NCBI GenBank assembly: GCA_021776735.1
Contig: JAJFFH010000041.1
Coordinates: 61,553-125,552, forward strand
Length of the DNA stretch: 64,000 bases
Source of the DNA: Planctomycetota bacterium
GTDB taxonomy: Bacteria > Planctomycetota > PLA2
Reading direction: 5' to 3'
Shown: piece by piece, positions 19,265 through 27,899 of the stretch
Numbering within the stretch: the first letter of the stretch is position 1
Layout: the number at the start of each line of letters is the position of its first letter
The notes under the pieces: model-generated
The model's database searches: none
Told to the model about the DNA's origin: nothing
The model's input: only the letters and a program-made list of their open reading frames with translations
Position numbers and translations under genes: made by a program

Positions 19265-19389
19265 CAGCCGAGTGGCCCGGCCCCGTGCGACCCGAGCGAC
19301 TACGAGCGGCTGGGATCAGTCATCTATTCCCAAAGGCGTCGCGTCCGTCAGCTTCCGTCCGATGAGTTTCGCGCCCACGGCGATTCTGG

Positions 19390-20907
19390 TCAGTCGTTAC
19401 AGGCCAGGTTTGGCGTGGACGCGGCGTCCAGAATCAGCACAACCTGCCTCAAGTGCGGGCCTGTATCGCCGCCGAAGCCACCGGCCAGGACGGTGGTGCC
19501 CTTATTGTCGACGAAGCCGACGTGGCCTGCCATCGCCACGGGCAGTTCGACGTTCGGGACCGTGAAGACCACGACGTCGGGCAGGCCGAACGGGCCGACG
19601 GGGAGATACTGGCACACCTCGAGCGATCGGAGCGCGGGCTTGCCGGGCGCGGAGATTTGAAAGCCGCCGGCGGCGAGGGCGCGGCCAAGAATGCCATCGC
19701 GGCGGGTCACCGTGTGCGCGCCGCGGCGGTCGCGCAAGAAGTCCGTTGCGCCCCAGACGAAGTTCGAACCGAAGTCGTAGATGAGACACGAGCGCGTGTC
19801 GCCGCCGACGAGCATGATCCGGTCGTTATCGACGCGCAAGGCGTCTCCGGAGCGCGCGCGGCCGTCGACTTCCCGTCGCGGACGCAGTTCGTCGCCGTCG
19901 AAGAAGCCCGCTTCGCCGAAGAAATTGCCGGTCCCTACGTAGACCTTGCTAAAGCCGAGCGTCGCCATGGTGTGCTGCGCACTCGGTCCGGCCAGCACGC
20001 CCACGGCGAGAACGAACTGGTTGCCGTCGAGAATCTCGCCGTCGTCGAGGGGGTTATCCTCGGTCGCATCGCCGAAGCCGCCGGTGATCAGGGCCTTGGC
20101 GCCACCCTCATACGCTGCAGCGGCGTGCCAGCGACGCGCCCGGATCATGTCGGGCCCGTTCCCGACCACGCCCGAGATCGGATCGAAGAATTCGGTCGAG
20201 CGCAGGGGTTCGCCGCCCGGCGACGAAACGCCTCCGGCAATCAGCACACGCCCGTCGCGCAGGATCGTCAGCGTGTGCTCGGCGCGCGACACGCCCATCC
20301 GGGTGGCCAGGACCGAAAACGTGCGCGTCTCGGGATCCCAGACCTCGATGGTGTCGGTCGCAGTGTTCTCGTCCGTGAATCCGCCGAAGATGGCGTACCG
20401 ACCGTCGGCAAGCTGGATAGTGCGCGCGAGGTAGCGGCCGATGTTCAGGACGTTCGGCCCCAAGTCGATGACCTGGTCGGGTCGCACCGTCAGCGCACCG
20501 TTGCTCGTGATGAAACAAACCTCGGAACCGGGCTGGATAAAATCGTTGCCCTCGGCGGCACGAACCGCTCCGACGAAACGGAGCGTGTACTTCACGTTCG
20601 GCTCGAGGTCGGCGATGGGCCGCACCTCGAGGTTGTTCGAGTTGAACGCGCGGACGACAAGGTCGATCCCGACCGCCTGGCCGTCCCCGTCGAAGAGACG
20701 GATGTTGGCCAGGGTCAGCGTGGACGTGTCCGCGGCCTTGGTAAACGTGACCGCGATCGAACCGCTGACGGGCGCGTCGATCGCCCCGTCGGACGGCACG
20801 GTGCCGCTCAGCCCGAATACGAGGACCGCGCGACCGCCGCCTCCCCCACCGCAGCCCAAGGCAAGCCCGAGCAGCAACGCGAACAACAACGCCTGTACGC
20901 TTCTCAC
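19390..20907 (-). CDS. Kelch/galactose-oxidase-like beta-propeller lipoprotein
   Basis: The real start is the GTG at 20907 (MRSVQALLFALLLGLALGCGGGG), with an AAGGAAGG Shine-Dalgarno 4 nt upstream. The body has repeated GG(F/V)xxxxxxxxxxxVxxYDP blades. The ORF-track extension to 22107 is a stop-free artefact antisense to rtcB. Confidence 0.7.
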   Translation of the reverse strand: MRSVQALLFALLLGLALGCGGGGGGRAVLVFGLSGTVPSDGAIDAPVSGSIAVTFTKAADTSTLTLANIRLFDGDGQAVGIDLVVRAFNSNNLEVRPIADLEPNVKYTLRFVGAVRAAEGNDFIQPGSEVCFITSNGALTVRPDQVIDLGPNVLNIGRYLARTIQLADGRYAIFGGFTDENTATDTIEVWDPETRTFSVLATRMGVSRAEHTLTILRDGRVLIAGGVSSPGGEPLRSTEFFDPISGVVGNGPDMIRARRWHAAAAYEGGAKALITGGFGDATEDNPLDDGEILDGNQFVLAVGVLAGPSAQHTMATLGFSKVYVGTGNFFGEAGFFDGDELRPRREVDGRARSGDALRVDNDRIMLVGGDTRSCLIYDFGSNFVWGATDFLRDRRGAHTVTRRDGILGRALAAGGFQISAPGKPALRSLEVCQYLPVGPFGLPDVVVFTVPNVELPVAMAGHVGFVDNKGTTVLAGGFGGDTGPHLRQVVLILDAASTPNLACND

Positions 20908-21099
20908 GCGACCTTCCTTTATAGCCTCACGAGGCCCCCCGAGGCCCCGCCAAAAGGAGAAGTGCCGAATTCCGCCCGAAAATGAGAAAATGCAGGGGGC
21001 GCGGGGGCGGGCCGGCAACCAAACATCGCCGTCCGTTTGCTGTGGTCTGAGGCCGCCCCCCATGCGAACCTCCGGCCCGCTCGCCGGTTGATTGTTTCG

Positions 21100-22323
21100 A
21101 TGTCGAACTACGAACTTTTCAAGAACGACGACGGGGTCCCGATCAAGGCGTGGGTCCGCGGTGTGCCGCTGGATCAAAAGGCCGTGGATCAGCTCCGGAA
21201 CGTCGGGAAGCTGCCGATTATTCACCGTTGGGTGGCCGCGATGCCGGACGTGCATTGGGGCATCGGCGCGACCGTCGGCAGCGTCATTCCGACCGCGAAC
21301 GCGATCATTCCGGCTGCCGTTGGCGTTGATATCGGCTGCGGCATGATGGCCGTGCGTCTCAGCCTCGACGCCGGCGATCTTCCGGACGATCTGCGCCCGA
21401 TTCGCACGGCGGTTGAGAAGGCGGTGCCGCACGGTCGCACGGACCGCGGCGGGCGCAACGATCGCGGTTCGTTTTCCAGGCCGAGTGCTCCCGCGGAAAA
21501 GGCGTGGCGCAAGCTCAAGCTGGGTTACGCCGAGATCATCGACCGGTATCCGCGACTCGATCGCGGCAAGACGGCGCAGCAACTGGGCACGCTCGGCACG
21601 GGCAACCACTTCATCGAGGTCTGTCTCGACGAGACCGATGGCGTGTGGGTCATGCTGCATTCCGGCTCGCGCGGCGTGGGCAATCGCATCGGCATGAACT
21701 TCATCCAGCTCGCTAAAAAGGACATGCGCGGCCACCTGAGCAACCTGCCGGACAAAGACCTGGCGTACTTCTCCGAAGGCTCGGAACACTTCGACGACTA
21801 CGTGATGGCCGTCGAGTGGGCGCAGCGGTTCGCCCGCATCAACCGCGACCTGATGATGCAGGCGGTGCTCGACGCGTTGCATCGTTCGAAGCACCTGCCG
21901 AAGTTTCGCGCGGACCTGATGGCGGTAAACTGCCACCACAACTACGTGGCCCGCGAGCACCACTACGGCAAGGATGTTTTTGTCACGCGCAAGGGCGCGG
22001 TCCGCGCGGGCGAAGGCGATCTCGGCATCATCCCGGGCTCGATGGGCGCCAAGAGCTACATCGTCCGCGGCAAGGGCAACCCCGAGAGTTTCTGCTCGTG
22101 CGCCCACGGCGCGGGCAGAGCCATGTCACGCACGGAAGCCAAGCGCCGCTACACCGTCGACGACCACATCCGCATGACGGAGGGCGTGGAATGCCGCAAG
22201 GACGCCGCGGTGATCGACGAGACCCCGGCGGCGTACAAACCGATCGACAAGGTGATGGAGGCGCAGCGAGATCTGGTGGAAGTGGTCCACACGCTGAAGC
22301 AGGTCGTGTGCGTGAAGGGGTAG
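21100..22323 (+). CDS. rtcB: RNA-splicing ligase RtcB
   Basis: The start is trimmed to MSNYELFKNDDGVPIKAWV. RtcB signatures are present: GIGATVGS, DIGCGM, GTLGTGNHFIE, HSGSRGVGN, CHHNY and the HGAGR metal/GMP-His region. Confidence 0.9.
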   Translation: MSNYELFKNDDGVPIKAWVRGVPLDQKAVDQLRNVGKLPIIHRWVAAMPDVHWGIGATVGSVIPTANAIIPAAVGVDIGCGMMAVRLSLDAGDLPDDLRPIRTAVEKAVPHGRTDRGGRNDRGSFSRPSAPAEKAWRKLKLGYAEIIDRYPRLDRGKTAQQLGTLGTGNHFIEVCLDETDGVWVMLHSGSRGVGNRIGMNFIQLAKKDMRGHLSNLPDKDLAYFSEGSEHFDDYVMAVEWAQRFARINRDLMMQAVLDALHRSKHLPKFRADLMAVNCHHNYVAREHHYGKDVFVTRKGAVRAGEGDLGIIPGSMGAKSYIVRGKGNPESFCSCAHGAGRAMSRTEAKRRYTVDDHIRMTEGVECRKDAAVIDETPAAYKPIDKVMEAQRDLVEVVHTLKQVVCVKG

Positions 22324-22441
22324 TAGACCGCCCGTATGACCGCTCGCCAGAATCGCGTCGGGCCGTACCGGTCGGAACCCGATGGCTGAAGCAATGAACT
22401 GACCGTGACGCCGCCGCTGCCTTCCGTTCGCACACGGAGGG

Positions 22442-22630
22442 TCACTCTTTGTAAACGAACCAGTTAATGAGGCCCAAGGGCGCGCCCCACAGAGCTCCTT
22501 GCAAGAACCACCTAATCACGCCGTCAAGAGTCTGTGAGGTCGCTCCAGCACACAGGCCACCAGCTGCCCCGGCCACGACTGCGACTAGCGCCATCTCGCG
22601 GATCGCAGCGCGCACGTCACCAGCTGTCAA
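22442..22630 (-). CDS. hypothetical small membrane protein
   Basis: 62 aa with Gly/Ala-rich hydrophobic stretches. Its start overlaps the upstream stop (ATGA) in the low-GC islet. Confidence 0.3.
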   Translation of the reverse strand: MTAGDVRAAIREMALVAVVAGAAGGLCAGATSQTLDGVIRWFLQGALWGAPLGLINWFVYKE

Positions 22631-22845
22631 CCGCCTCTCCTCATCCTATCCAGTAATTCCGGAGTCGCCCGCCTGTGGACAACCAAGCTCTCAAGCAACG
22701 TCACCTGCTCTCGGGCGAGTTGATCGGCGCACTCGAAGAGGTCGGCGCGAACCACGGCATCCTCCTGTGGACTGTAGAGCAGGCTGTCAGCGCTCGTTTC
22801 AGTTCCTTGGTGGTCAAAAACGCAAGCGTCCAAGAGATTCGGCAT
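22627..22845 (-). CDS. hypothetical small protein (low-GC islet)
   Basis: 72 aa with balanced composition. It lies immediately downstream of the 17-bp direct repeats at 22986-23034. Confidence 0.35.
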   Translation of the reverse strand: MPNLLDACVFDHQGTETSADSLLYSPQEDAVVRADLFECADQLAREQVTLLESLVVHRRATPELLDRMRRGG

Positions 22846-22985
22846 ACGTATCGTTCCTCACCTTCTGCTCGGCGCGAACCACCCCAGCTTCCTGTGCATC
22901 AGATTGTCAGCCAACGTCAATAACTCTCCCGCATCTGCCACAGACCGTAGCAGCAGTCCTTCACTGGGTAGACACCGTTTTCCTC

Positions 22986-23034
22986 TACATTTATGGCTTT
23001 CCCCTACACTTATGGCTTTCCCGTAAATGTATGG
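22986..23034. promoter_or_regulatory. two 17/18-bp direct repeats plus inverted flank (iteron/operator-like) in a low-GC islet
   Basis: TACATTTATGGCTTTCCC (22986-23003), TACACTTATGGCTTTCCC (23005-23022), then GTAAATGTA, the inverse of TACATTTA. It lies between the 23123-23461 ORF and the start of the 22845..22627 ORF. Local GC is ~50% versus ~68% in the flanks. Confidence 0.45.
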
Positions 23035-23122
23035 TCTTCGGGCGCCTTCGGCACAACGGGCATGGGTCGCGGCTTGGTCATGCGCAGCGCGGCCCCGCGA
23101 CGACCCGTGCCCAATGCCGAGG

Positions 23123-23461
23123 TCACGCTTCCGGCTGCGCGCCGCCCGGGAGATCATCCAAGAAGTCGTCCATGGCTCCGAGAACACGCTCGGCGACCTT
23201 CCGAGTCCTCGAGACCTTGAGGATTTGGCGCAGCACGCCGCGGGCCTTGTCGACCGCGACCACAGTACAATCCATACAGTGCGCCGTTTCCTTCGCGGTC
23301 CGGCTCAGCACCACATGATATGCATGCATCGCCTGGTTGTATGTAAGCTCCAAAACGGCCACGACGTGGCAAAATGCGGGCCACGATATGCCGCCGCCGA
23401 ACCAGTCGGGCGGCTCGGGGCCGAAGTTTGCCGGACCTAGACTTCTCCGATTTCTTGCCAT
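23123..23461 (-). CDS. hypothetical protein (low-GC islet; possible small regulator)
   Basis: 112 aa with non-artefactual composition. It lies upstream of the direct-repeat operator candidate. Confidence 0.35.
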   Translation of the reverse strand: MARNRRSLGPANFGPEPPDWFGGGISWPAFCHVVAVLELTYNQAMHAYHVVLSRTAKETAHCMDCTVVAVDKARGVLRQILKVSRTRKVAERVLGAMDDFLDDLPGGAQPEA

Positions 23462-23587
23462 TTCCGCCTCCGGAGCTCTTGTGCTCCACTGACTTGTCGA
23501 TCCAGACCGATCAGTTCCGCAAACCGAAGCTGCAATTATCTGCGATAGTAGGCAGGCGTCAACCCCCTTTCATGCCGGAGATTATCG

Positions 23588-24034
23588 ATGAGTCGCGTGA
23601 TCCTTGTTCTCAATGCTCTCGTACTTTTGATAAACTTTTATGTCTCGTACGCGAGTTCGAACTCGCAGATCGGGCTCTTGCAGTCCACGGCGCGTGCCAC
23701 GAACGTTCCGCAACGCGTCGGCGTCACCCGGGCCGACGATGTCGCGTTCCTCCGCCTGGCGCAGTCGCTCAACGGGGCGATCCCCGCGGATCGCACGGCA
23801 GCGCTCACGAAAGCCCAGTTTCGAGCCGTACGCGATGCGATGCGGATCTACCGGCAGGCGATCCGGGCCGGGGTCGGCGATGCGCTGGACGGCGACGCCT
23901 CGGTGCCCGCAAAACCGGAACTCGACCAGATCGGGAAACAGGTCCGACTCGAGGTCGAGGAGGTTCTGGGCCGCGCCATTCGAGGCGACAATCTGATACG
24001 GCAGCTTACGACCGCCGTCATTCGGTTCGGATAG
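23588..24034 (+). CDS. hypothetical secreted/membrane-anchored protein
   Basis: The N-terminal hydrophobic segment is VILVLNALVLLINFYVSYA. The remainder is helical and Ala/Arg-rich. Confidence 0.45.
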   Translation: MSRVILVLNALVLLINFYVSYASSNSQIGLLQSTARATNVPQRVGVTRADDVAFLRLAQSLNGAIPADRTAALTKAQFRAVRDAMRIYRQAIRAGVGDALDGDASVPAKPELDQIGKQVRLEVEEVLGRAIRGDNLIRQLTTAVIRFG

Positions 24035-24047
24035 CCGGCGCCTCTCG

Positions 24048-24638
24048 CTACGGCAGCTTCGCGACCGCGAGCACCTTCGTCGGCGGGCCGCCCTTGGCTC
24101 CGCCCTGCGGTTCCAGCGAGACGGCAAAAGCATCGCCGTCCGTGAGCTGTTTCACGGTGATCTCTCGCTCTTTGACGATCCCGAGGCTGATCGGCTTGCC
24201 ATTGCGGATGCGCCAGAGTTCGTAGTCGCGGCCCGGCGGCGGTTGCAGCTTGTCGAAGGTCACGACCGCGCGGCTCGCGTAGAACGTGACGTGGCCGAGG
24301 CCCGCGAGCGGGATGTCGATGCCGCGTTCCTGCTCGTCGCGCGGAGTGAGAAACAAGAACAGCGCGGCGGCGGCGGCCGTCGTGGCGAGGGCGATCAGCA
24401 ACAGCCGGCGGCGGCGCGGGGGGCGGGTCGCTTGCAGGACACGCGTGCGTAGTTCCGGGGGCGGCGCGGCGACCGGCGCGGTCATCGCCAGCAGCAGGAC
24501 CGCCTCGTCGAGTTCCTGCGTTTCCGGATCGACGAAGTCGCGGGCCAGGAACGTGTCGAGCTCGGACTGCTCCGCGGCGTCGAGCGCGCCGAGCGCATGG
24601 CCCGCGTACAGTTCGAGGAAGCGCTCGCGCTCGCTCAT
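24048..24638 (-). CDS. anti-sigma factor (RskA-like: N-terminal sigma-binding helix, TM, C-terminal anti-sigma-K-like domain)
   Basis: The start is trimmed to MSERERFLELYAGHALGALDAAEQSELDTFLARD. A TM helix (LLLIALATTAAAAALFLFL) follows. The ATG overlaps the stop of the ECF sigma gene. Confidence 0.7.
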   Translation of the reverse strand: MSERERFLELYAGHALGALDAAEQSELDTFLARDFVDPETQELDEAVLLLAMTAPVAAPPPELRTRVLQATRPPRRRRLLLIALATTAAAAALFLFLTPRDEQERGIDIPLAGLGHVTFYASRAVVTFDKLQPPPGRDYELWRIRNGKPISLGIVKEREITVKQLTDGDAFAVSLEPQGGAKGGPPTKVLAVAKLP

Positions 24639-25147
24639 GACGCGGCCTCTCCGGCGAGCCGTTCGCGCAGCGCGAGCAGGCCGCGGCGGCACCACGTCTT
24701 CACGGTGCCGAGCGGGTAACGGGTGTGCGCGGCGACTTCCGACTGGGTCATGCCCTCAAAAAACGCAAGCTCCAACACCTCGCGCCAGCGCGGGTCGATC
24801 TCTTCGAGCGCCCGGCGGACACGGGCGTGACGCTGCACGTCATCCAGACGTTGCACGGGGTCCTGCGAGGGTCTCGGTACGGGCGCGGGCATCGAGGATT
24901 CCGCCCGCCGACGCGAATTCAAGCTGCGCCGACGGTCCAAGGCACGTGAACGCACCATCGTGACGAGCCAAGCGGCGGGCGTGCCACGCTTCGGATTGAA
25001 CAGATCGCGCGTGCGCCACCACTGCAACCAGACCTGCTGCAACACGTCCGCGGCATCCGCGGGCTCCCCGAGAATGCGCAACGCGACGCCATACAGCATG
25101 CCGCCATACCGGTCGTACAAATCAGCAGTCGCTTCACTCGGGACCAT
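24635..25147 (-). CDS. ECF-family RNA polymerase sigma-70 factor
   Basis: 170 aa. Region 2 is YDRYGGMLYGVALRILGEPADAADVLQQVWLQWWR, and region 4 is VLELAFFEGMTQSEVAAHTRYPLGTVKTWCRRGL. Confidence 0.85.
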   Translation of the reverse strand: MVPSEATADLYDRYGGMLYGVALRILGEPADAADVLQQVWLQWWRTRDLFNPKRGTPAAWLVTMVRSRALDRRRSLNSRRRAESSMPAPVPRPSQDPVQRLDDVQRHARVRRALEEIDPRWREVLELAFFEGMTQSEVAAHTRYPLGTVKTWCRRGLLALRERLAGEAAS

Positions 25148-25249
25148 GGTCGTTCGTTCGATCTACGAAAAAACTCGCCGACCGGATTCAGGAAAAGTGG
25201 GATTAGGGGGCCCGGGGGCAACGGGAGGGAAACTGCGCGCCCATACCCG

Positions 25250-25648
25250 CCCCAGCGCCAGAAGGCGCAACGGCGGACCCGAACCCGACTCCCGAACCCG
25301 ATCCCCGATCCCGTTCGCGACCGAACGACACGGCTCACGTCGAAGGGAGTGCCGTATGACGACAACCGACCTCTCCGCGGCTTTCCGGATCGGGGTCCGG
25401 GATCGGGTGCGGGATCGGGCCATGAGCTCGTGGGCGGATCGGCGGTCGGGGACTCCTGTCGGAAGGGGCGCCCGTCGAAGGAGTCTTCCATGACCGCTGC
25501 TTCTCGGACGCCGGGATCGGGGGCGGGATCGGGATCGGGCTGAACTCGCGGGCGGATCGGTTGTCGGGGGACTCGTCTCGGGAGAGCGCCTATCGCCCCC
25601 TTCCACTTGCGTGGGGCGAAAGGCGCTCCCCGTCGAAAGGAATCTTCT
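25250..25648. repeat. composite intergenic repeat region: CCCGAT-type tracts plus three tandem ~135-160 bp copies of the four-helix-bundle gene 5' end
   Basis: Units ending in CGTCGAAGGGAGTGCCGTATGACGACAACCGACC (ATG 25356), CGTCGAAGGAGTCTTCCATGACCGCTGC (ATG 25490) and CGTCGAAAGGAATCTTCTATGACCGACAACCGAA (ATG 25649, the real gene). They are interspersed with GGGATCGGG/CCCGATCCC tracts and GCGGGCGGATCGG(C/T)(G/T)GTCGGGG boxes. Confidence 0.8.
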
Positions 25649-26056
25649 ATGACCGACAACCGAAACTTCTCCGCAGCCTCACGGGGCTCTCCCTTGGCAC
25701 CGCACCAGCGGCTTGATGTTTATCGCTTGGCGATCCGGCTGTTTGCTGGAGTTGAAGAATCCGCCGCTTCGTTTCCTCGTGGATACGGAGCGATCAAGGA
25801 TCAGTTGCGGCGTTGCGCAACGGGTACGGTGCTCAACATCGCCGAGGGTGCGGGGCGCTGGAATCCCGCCGACAAGGCTTACCGCTACACCATTGCGCAG
25901 GCGGAGTGTCTGGAATGCGCTGCCGCGCTCGAGATGGCCACGATCGTCAGGGTCATCCCGCAGGAGACATCCGACAAACTAATGTCGTACGCGAATCGAG
26001 TCGGCGCGATGCTGACTCGGCTCATCCAGAGTCAGCGCGCACGCACCCCGGGTTGA
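25649..26056 (+). CDS. four-helix-bundle protein (TIGR02436 / 23S rRNA intervening-sequence protein family)
   Basis: The start is trimmed to MTDNRNFS. YRLAIRLFAGVEESAASFPRGYGAIKDQLRRCATGTVLNIAEGAGR and the AQAECLECAAALE helices are characteristic of the family. It is preceded by two tandem copies of its own 5' end. Confidence 0.7.
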   Translation: MTDNRNFSAASRGSPLAPHQRLDVYRLAIRLFAGVEESAASFPRGYGAIKDQLRRCATGTVLNIAEGAGRWNPADKAYRYTIAQAECLECAAALEMATIVRVIPQETSDKLMSYANRVGAMLTRLIQSQRARTPG

Positions 26057-26139
26057 TCCCCGGGGTCGCCGTAGCGCTTTTCTGCCCGGCGATCACACCA
26101 CAGCTGCTCAACCAAAGCCGCGCGCCAATCCCCGGCGAG

Positions 26140-26540
26140 CGCTACGTCTTACGCGAACGTCGTTCGTGAACGTGAACGATCGAACAGGAACATCGCGGTC
26201 GGTATGCGCGGGGATCGGGCTCGGGAGTCGGGGGCGGGGTCGGGTTCGCCGCTGCGCCTTCGGCGCTGGGGCGGGATGAATTCGCGGGCGGACTGGTTGA
26301 TCCCGGGCCGGGCGGCTCATTTTCTCGCCATTCTTCTTCTGGCCTTCGTGTGCTTCGCGCCCTTCGTGGTTGCCCCTCGTTCCTCTCATTCTCCGTGGAC
26401 CTCCGTGGCCCTCCGTGTTTACTTCTGAGCGTCGATCGCGCCGCGGTTGCTCGAATCCGAACCGTACGTCGGCACCGGTAAGCGCTACGTGAACGTCGTT
26501 CGTGAACGTGAACGTCGAACAAACATCGCCGTCTGTTTGC
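26140..26540. repeat. composite intergenic repeat region with paired GAACG/CGTTC palindromic boxes
   Basis: GCGCTACGTCTTACGCGAACGTCGTTCGTGAACGTGAACGATCGAACA (26141-26186) and GCGCTACGTGAACGTCGTTCGTGAACGTGAACGTCGAACA (26482-26521). Each contains the palindrome GAACG-T-CGTTC and a direct GTGAACG x2. There is a reverse-orientation copy at 38737-38770. GGGATCGGG tracts occur at 26205-26250, and a lower-GC T-rich patch at 26283-26430. Confidence 0.8.
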
Positions 26541-26594
26541 TTACGGCGCTACTTGTTCCCCTTCACTGCCCTGGTTCGTGGAGTCGGGCGAGCA

Positions 26595-27125
26595 CTAGTC
26601 CACAAGTTCGTTGTGGATTGAGGCGGTGACCAGCAGCGTGCAGCCGCCCTTGGTCGAAAGCGGGCCGTGTTCTGTGCCTTCTTCGAAGCGGGAGTAGTCG
26701 CCCGCCTTCATGTCCAGACTGCCGTCCTTGAGGTCGCCGGAGACGACGTAGCACTCCTCGGCGCCCGCGTGGCGGTGGCAGGGGTAGGCGGCGCCGGGTT
26801 CCATGCGCACGAGCACCGTCTGCTGGTCGGATTCGTCGTCGCGGTGCAGGACGCACACTTCTACGCCGGGGACGCCGGTCGGGACCCAGTCGGCGTTGTC
26901 GTGGCGGACCACCGTGAGGCCGCGCCGGGCGCGTCGGACCACGCGGACGCGCAGGCTCGCGGGCGGCTCGGCTTCGGGGGCGGCGTGGACAAACTGGTCC
27001 GAGGCGCGCCGGAACTCTTCGACTTCACGACGCAGTTCCGGATCGGTGCGCATCGCGCGCTCGAACGCGGCGGTCTCTTCGGGGCTGAGCGCCCCCAGGG
27101 CGTAGAGCTCTAGATGATCTCTCAC
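26595..27125 (-). CDS. ChrR-like anti-sigma factor (N-terminal ZAS-like helix domain plus C-terminal cupin)
   Basis: The GTG start overlaps the upstream sigma gene stop (GTGA). The N-terminus is HLELYALGALSPEETAAFERAM. The C-terminal cupin is VLHRDDESDQQTVLVRMEPGAAYPCHRHAGAEECYVVSGDL. Confidence 0.75.
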   Translation of the reverse strand: MRDHLELYALGALSPEETAAFERAMRTDPELRREVEEFRRASDQFVHAAPEAEPPASLRVRVVRRARRGLTVVRHDNADWVPTGVPGVEVCVLHRDDESDQQTVLVRMEPGAAYPCHRHAGAEECYVVSGDLKDGSLDMKAGDYSRFEEGTEHGPLSTKGGCTLLVTASIHNELVD

Positions 27126-27697
27126 AACTGCACCTCGGCCAGAACGCCGCGCAGTTGGCGCATGCCGGTCCGGATTCTGGTCTTGACGGTGCCCAGCGGC
27201 TCGCCGCGCGCCTCGGCGACCTGCGAATACGACAGGCCCTTGAAGTACGCGGCTTCGATGCACTCGCGCTGCTCGGGAGGCAACGCACCGACGGCGGCGC
27301 GGACCAGCGTGGCCGCCTCGCCTGCTGCGGACACCTCGTCGGGACGCGGCGCCGCGTCCACAAAGGCCGCGCTGTCTTCCAGCACGGTTTCGCGGTCGGC
27401 ACGCCGGCGTTTCTTGCGCAGGTGGTCCAGCGCACGCGAGCGGGTAATCGTCAGCAGCCACGTCAAGGGGCTGCCGCGCTCGCCATCGAAGCTGTCCGCC
27501 TTGCGCCAGACCTGGTCATAGGCGTCGAGCGTGGCTTCCTCGGCCGAGGCGGCGTCGCCGACGATACGCAGCGCGAGACCGAACGCGCGCCGGCGGGTCT
27601 TGTCGTAGAACTCCGCGAGCGCGTCCGGATCCCCCGCGGCCATACGCCGCAGGTACCCGCCGAGCACTTGAAATTCGTCGTTCAAACCGAGCCACAT
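27122..27697 (-). CDS. ECF-family RNA polymerase sigma-70 factor
   Basis: The start is trimmed to MWLGLNDEFQVLGGYLRRMAAGDPDALAEFYDKTRRRAFGLALRIVGDAASAEEATLDAYDQVWR (region 2). Region 4 is CIEAAYFKGLSYSQVAEARGEPLGTVKTRIRTGM. Confidence 0.8.
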   Translation of the reverse strand: MWLGLNDEFQVLGGYLRRMAAGDPDALAEFYDKTRRRAFGLALRIVGDAASAEEATLDAYDQVWRKADSFDGERGSPLTWLLTITRSRALDHLRKKRRRADRETVLEDSAAFVDAAPRPDEVSAAGEAATLVRAAVGALPPEQRECIEAAYFKGLSYSQVAEARGEPLGTVKTRIRTGMRQLRGVLAEVQL

Positions 27698-27899
27698 CCT
27701 AAAGAACCTACGCCGGGGCCTTGGGATCGGATTGCGCTTTTTTTCTTGGATTTCCGCCAAATCCGGAGGCGCCGCTGCCGCGTAGTCACCAGCGTTCCCG
27801 CCCCGCGAGCGGGGCAACCGGTGTGGCCACCGAACGCAACTCACCCTTTCCCCCGACCCCCCAAAACCAATCGGGTCAAAGACCCCACGAATCAGAACC

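Noticed and set aside
20908-22107. Upstream 400 codons of the 905-aa minus-strand ORF 19390..22107
   Set aside because: Only the 3' 506 codons are real, starting at the GTG at 20907 with an AAGGAAGG Shine-Dalgarno and a lipoprotein signal. The extension is a stop-free run antisense to rtcB with junk composition.
26152-26190. LexA/Cheo-box (GAAC-N4-GTTC) interpretation of CGAACGTCGTTCG
   Set aside because: The spacing is N3, not N4, and the box is embedded in multi-copy repeat elements (three or more copies) rather than upstream of SOS-type genes. It is treated as a repeat-family module.
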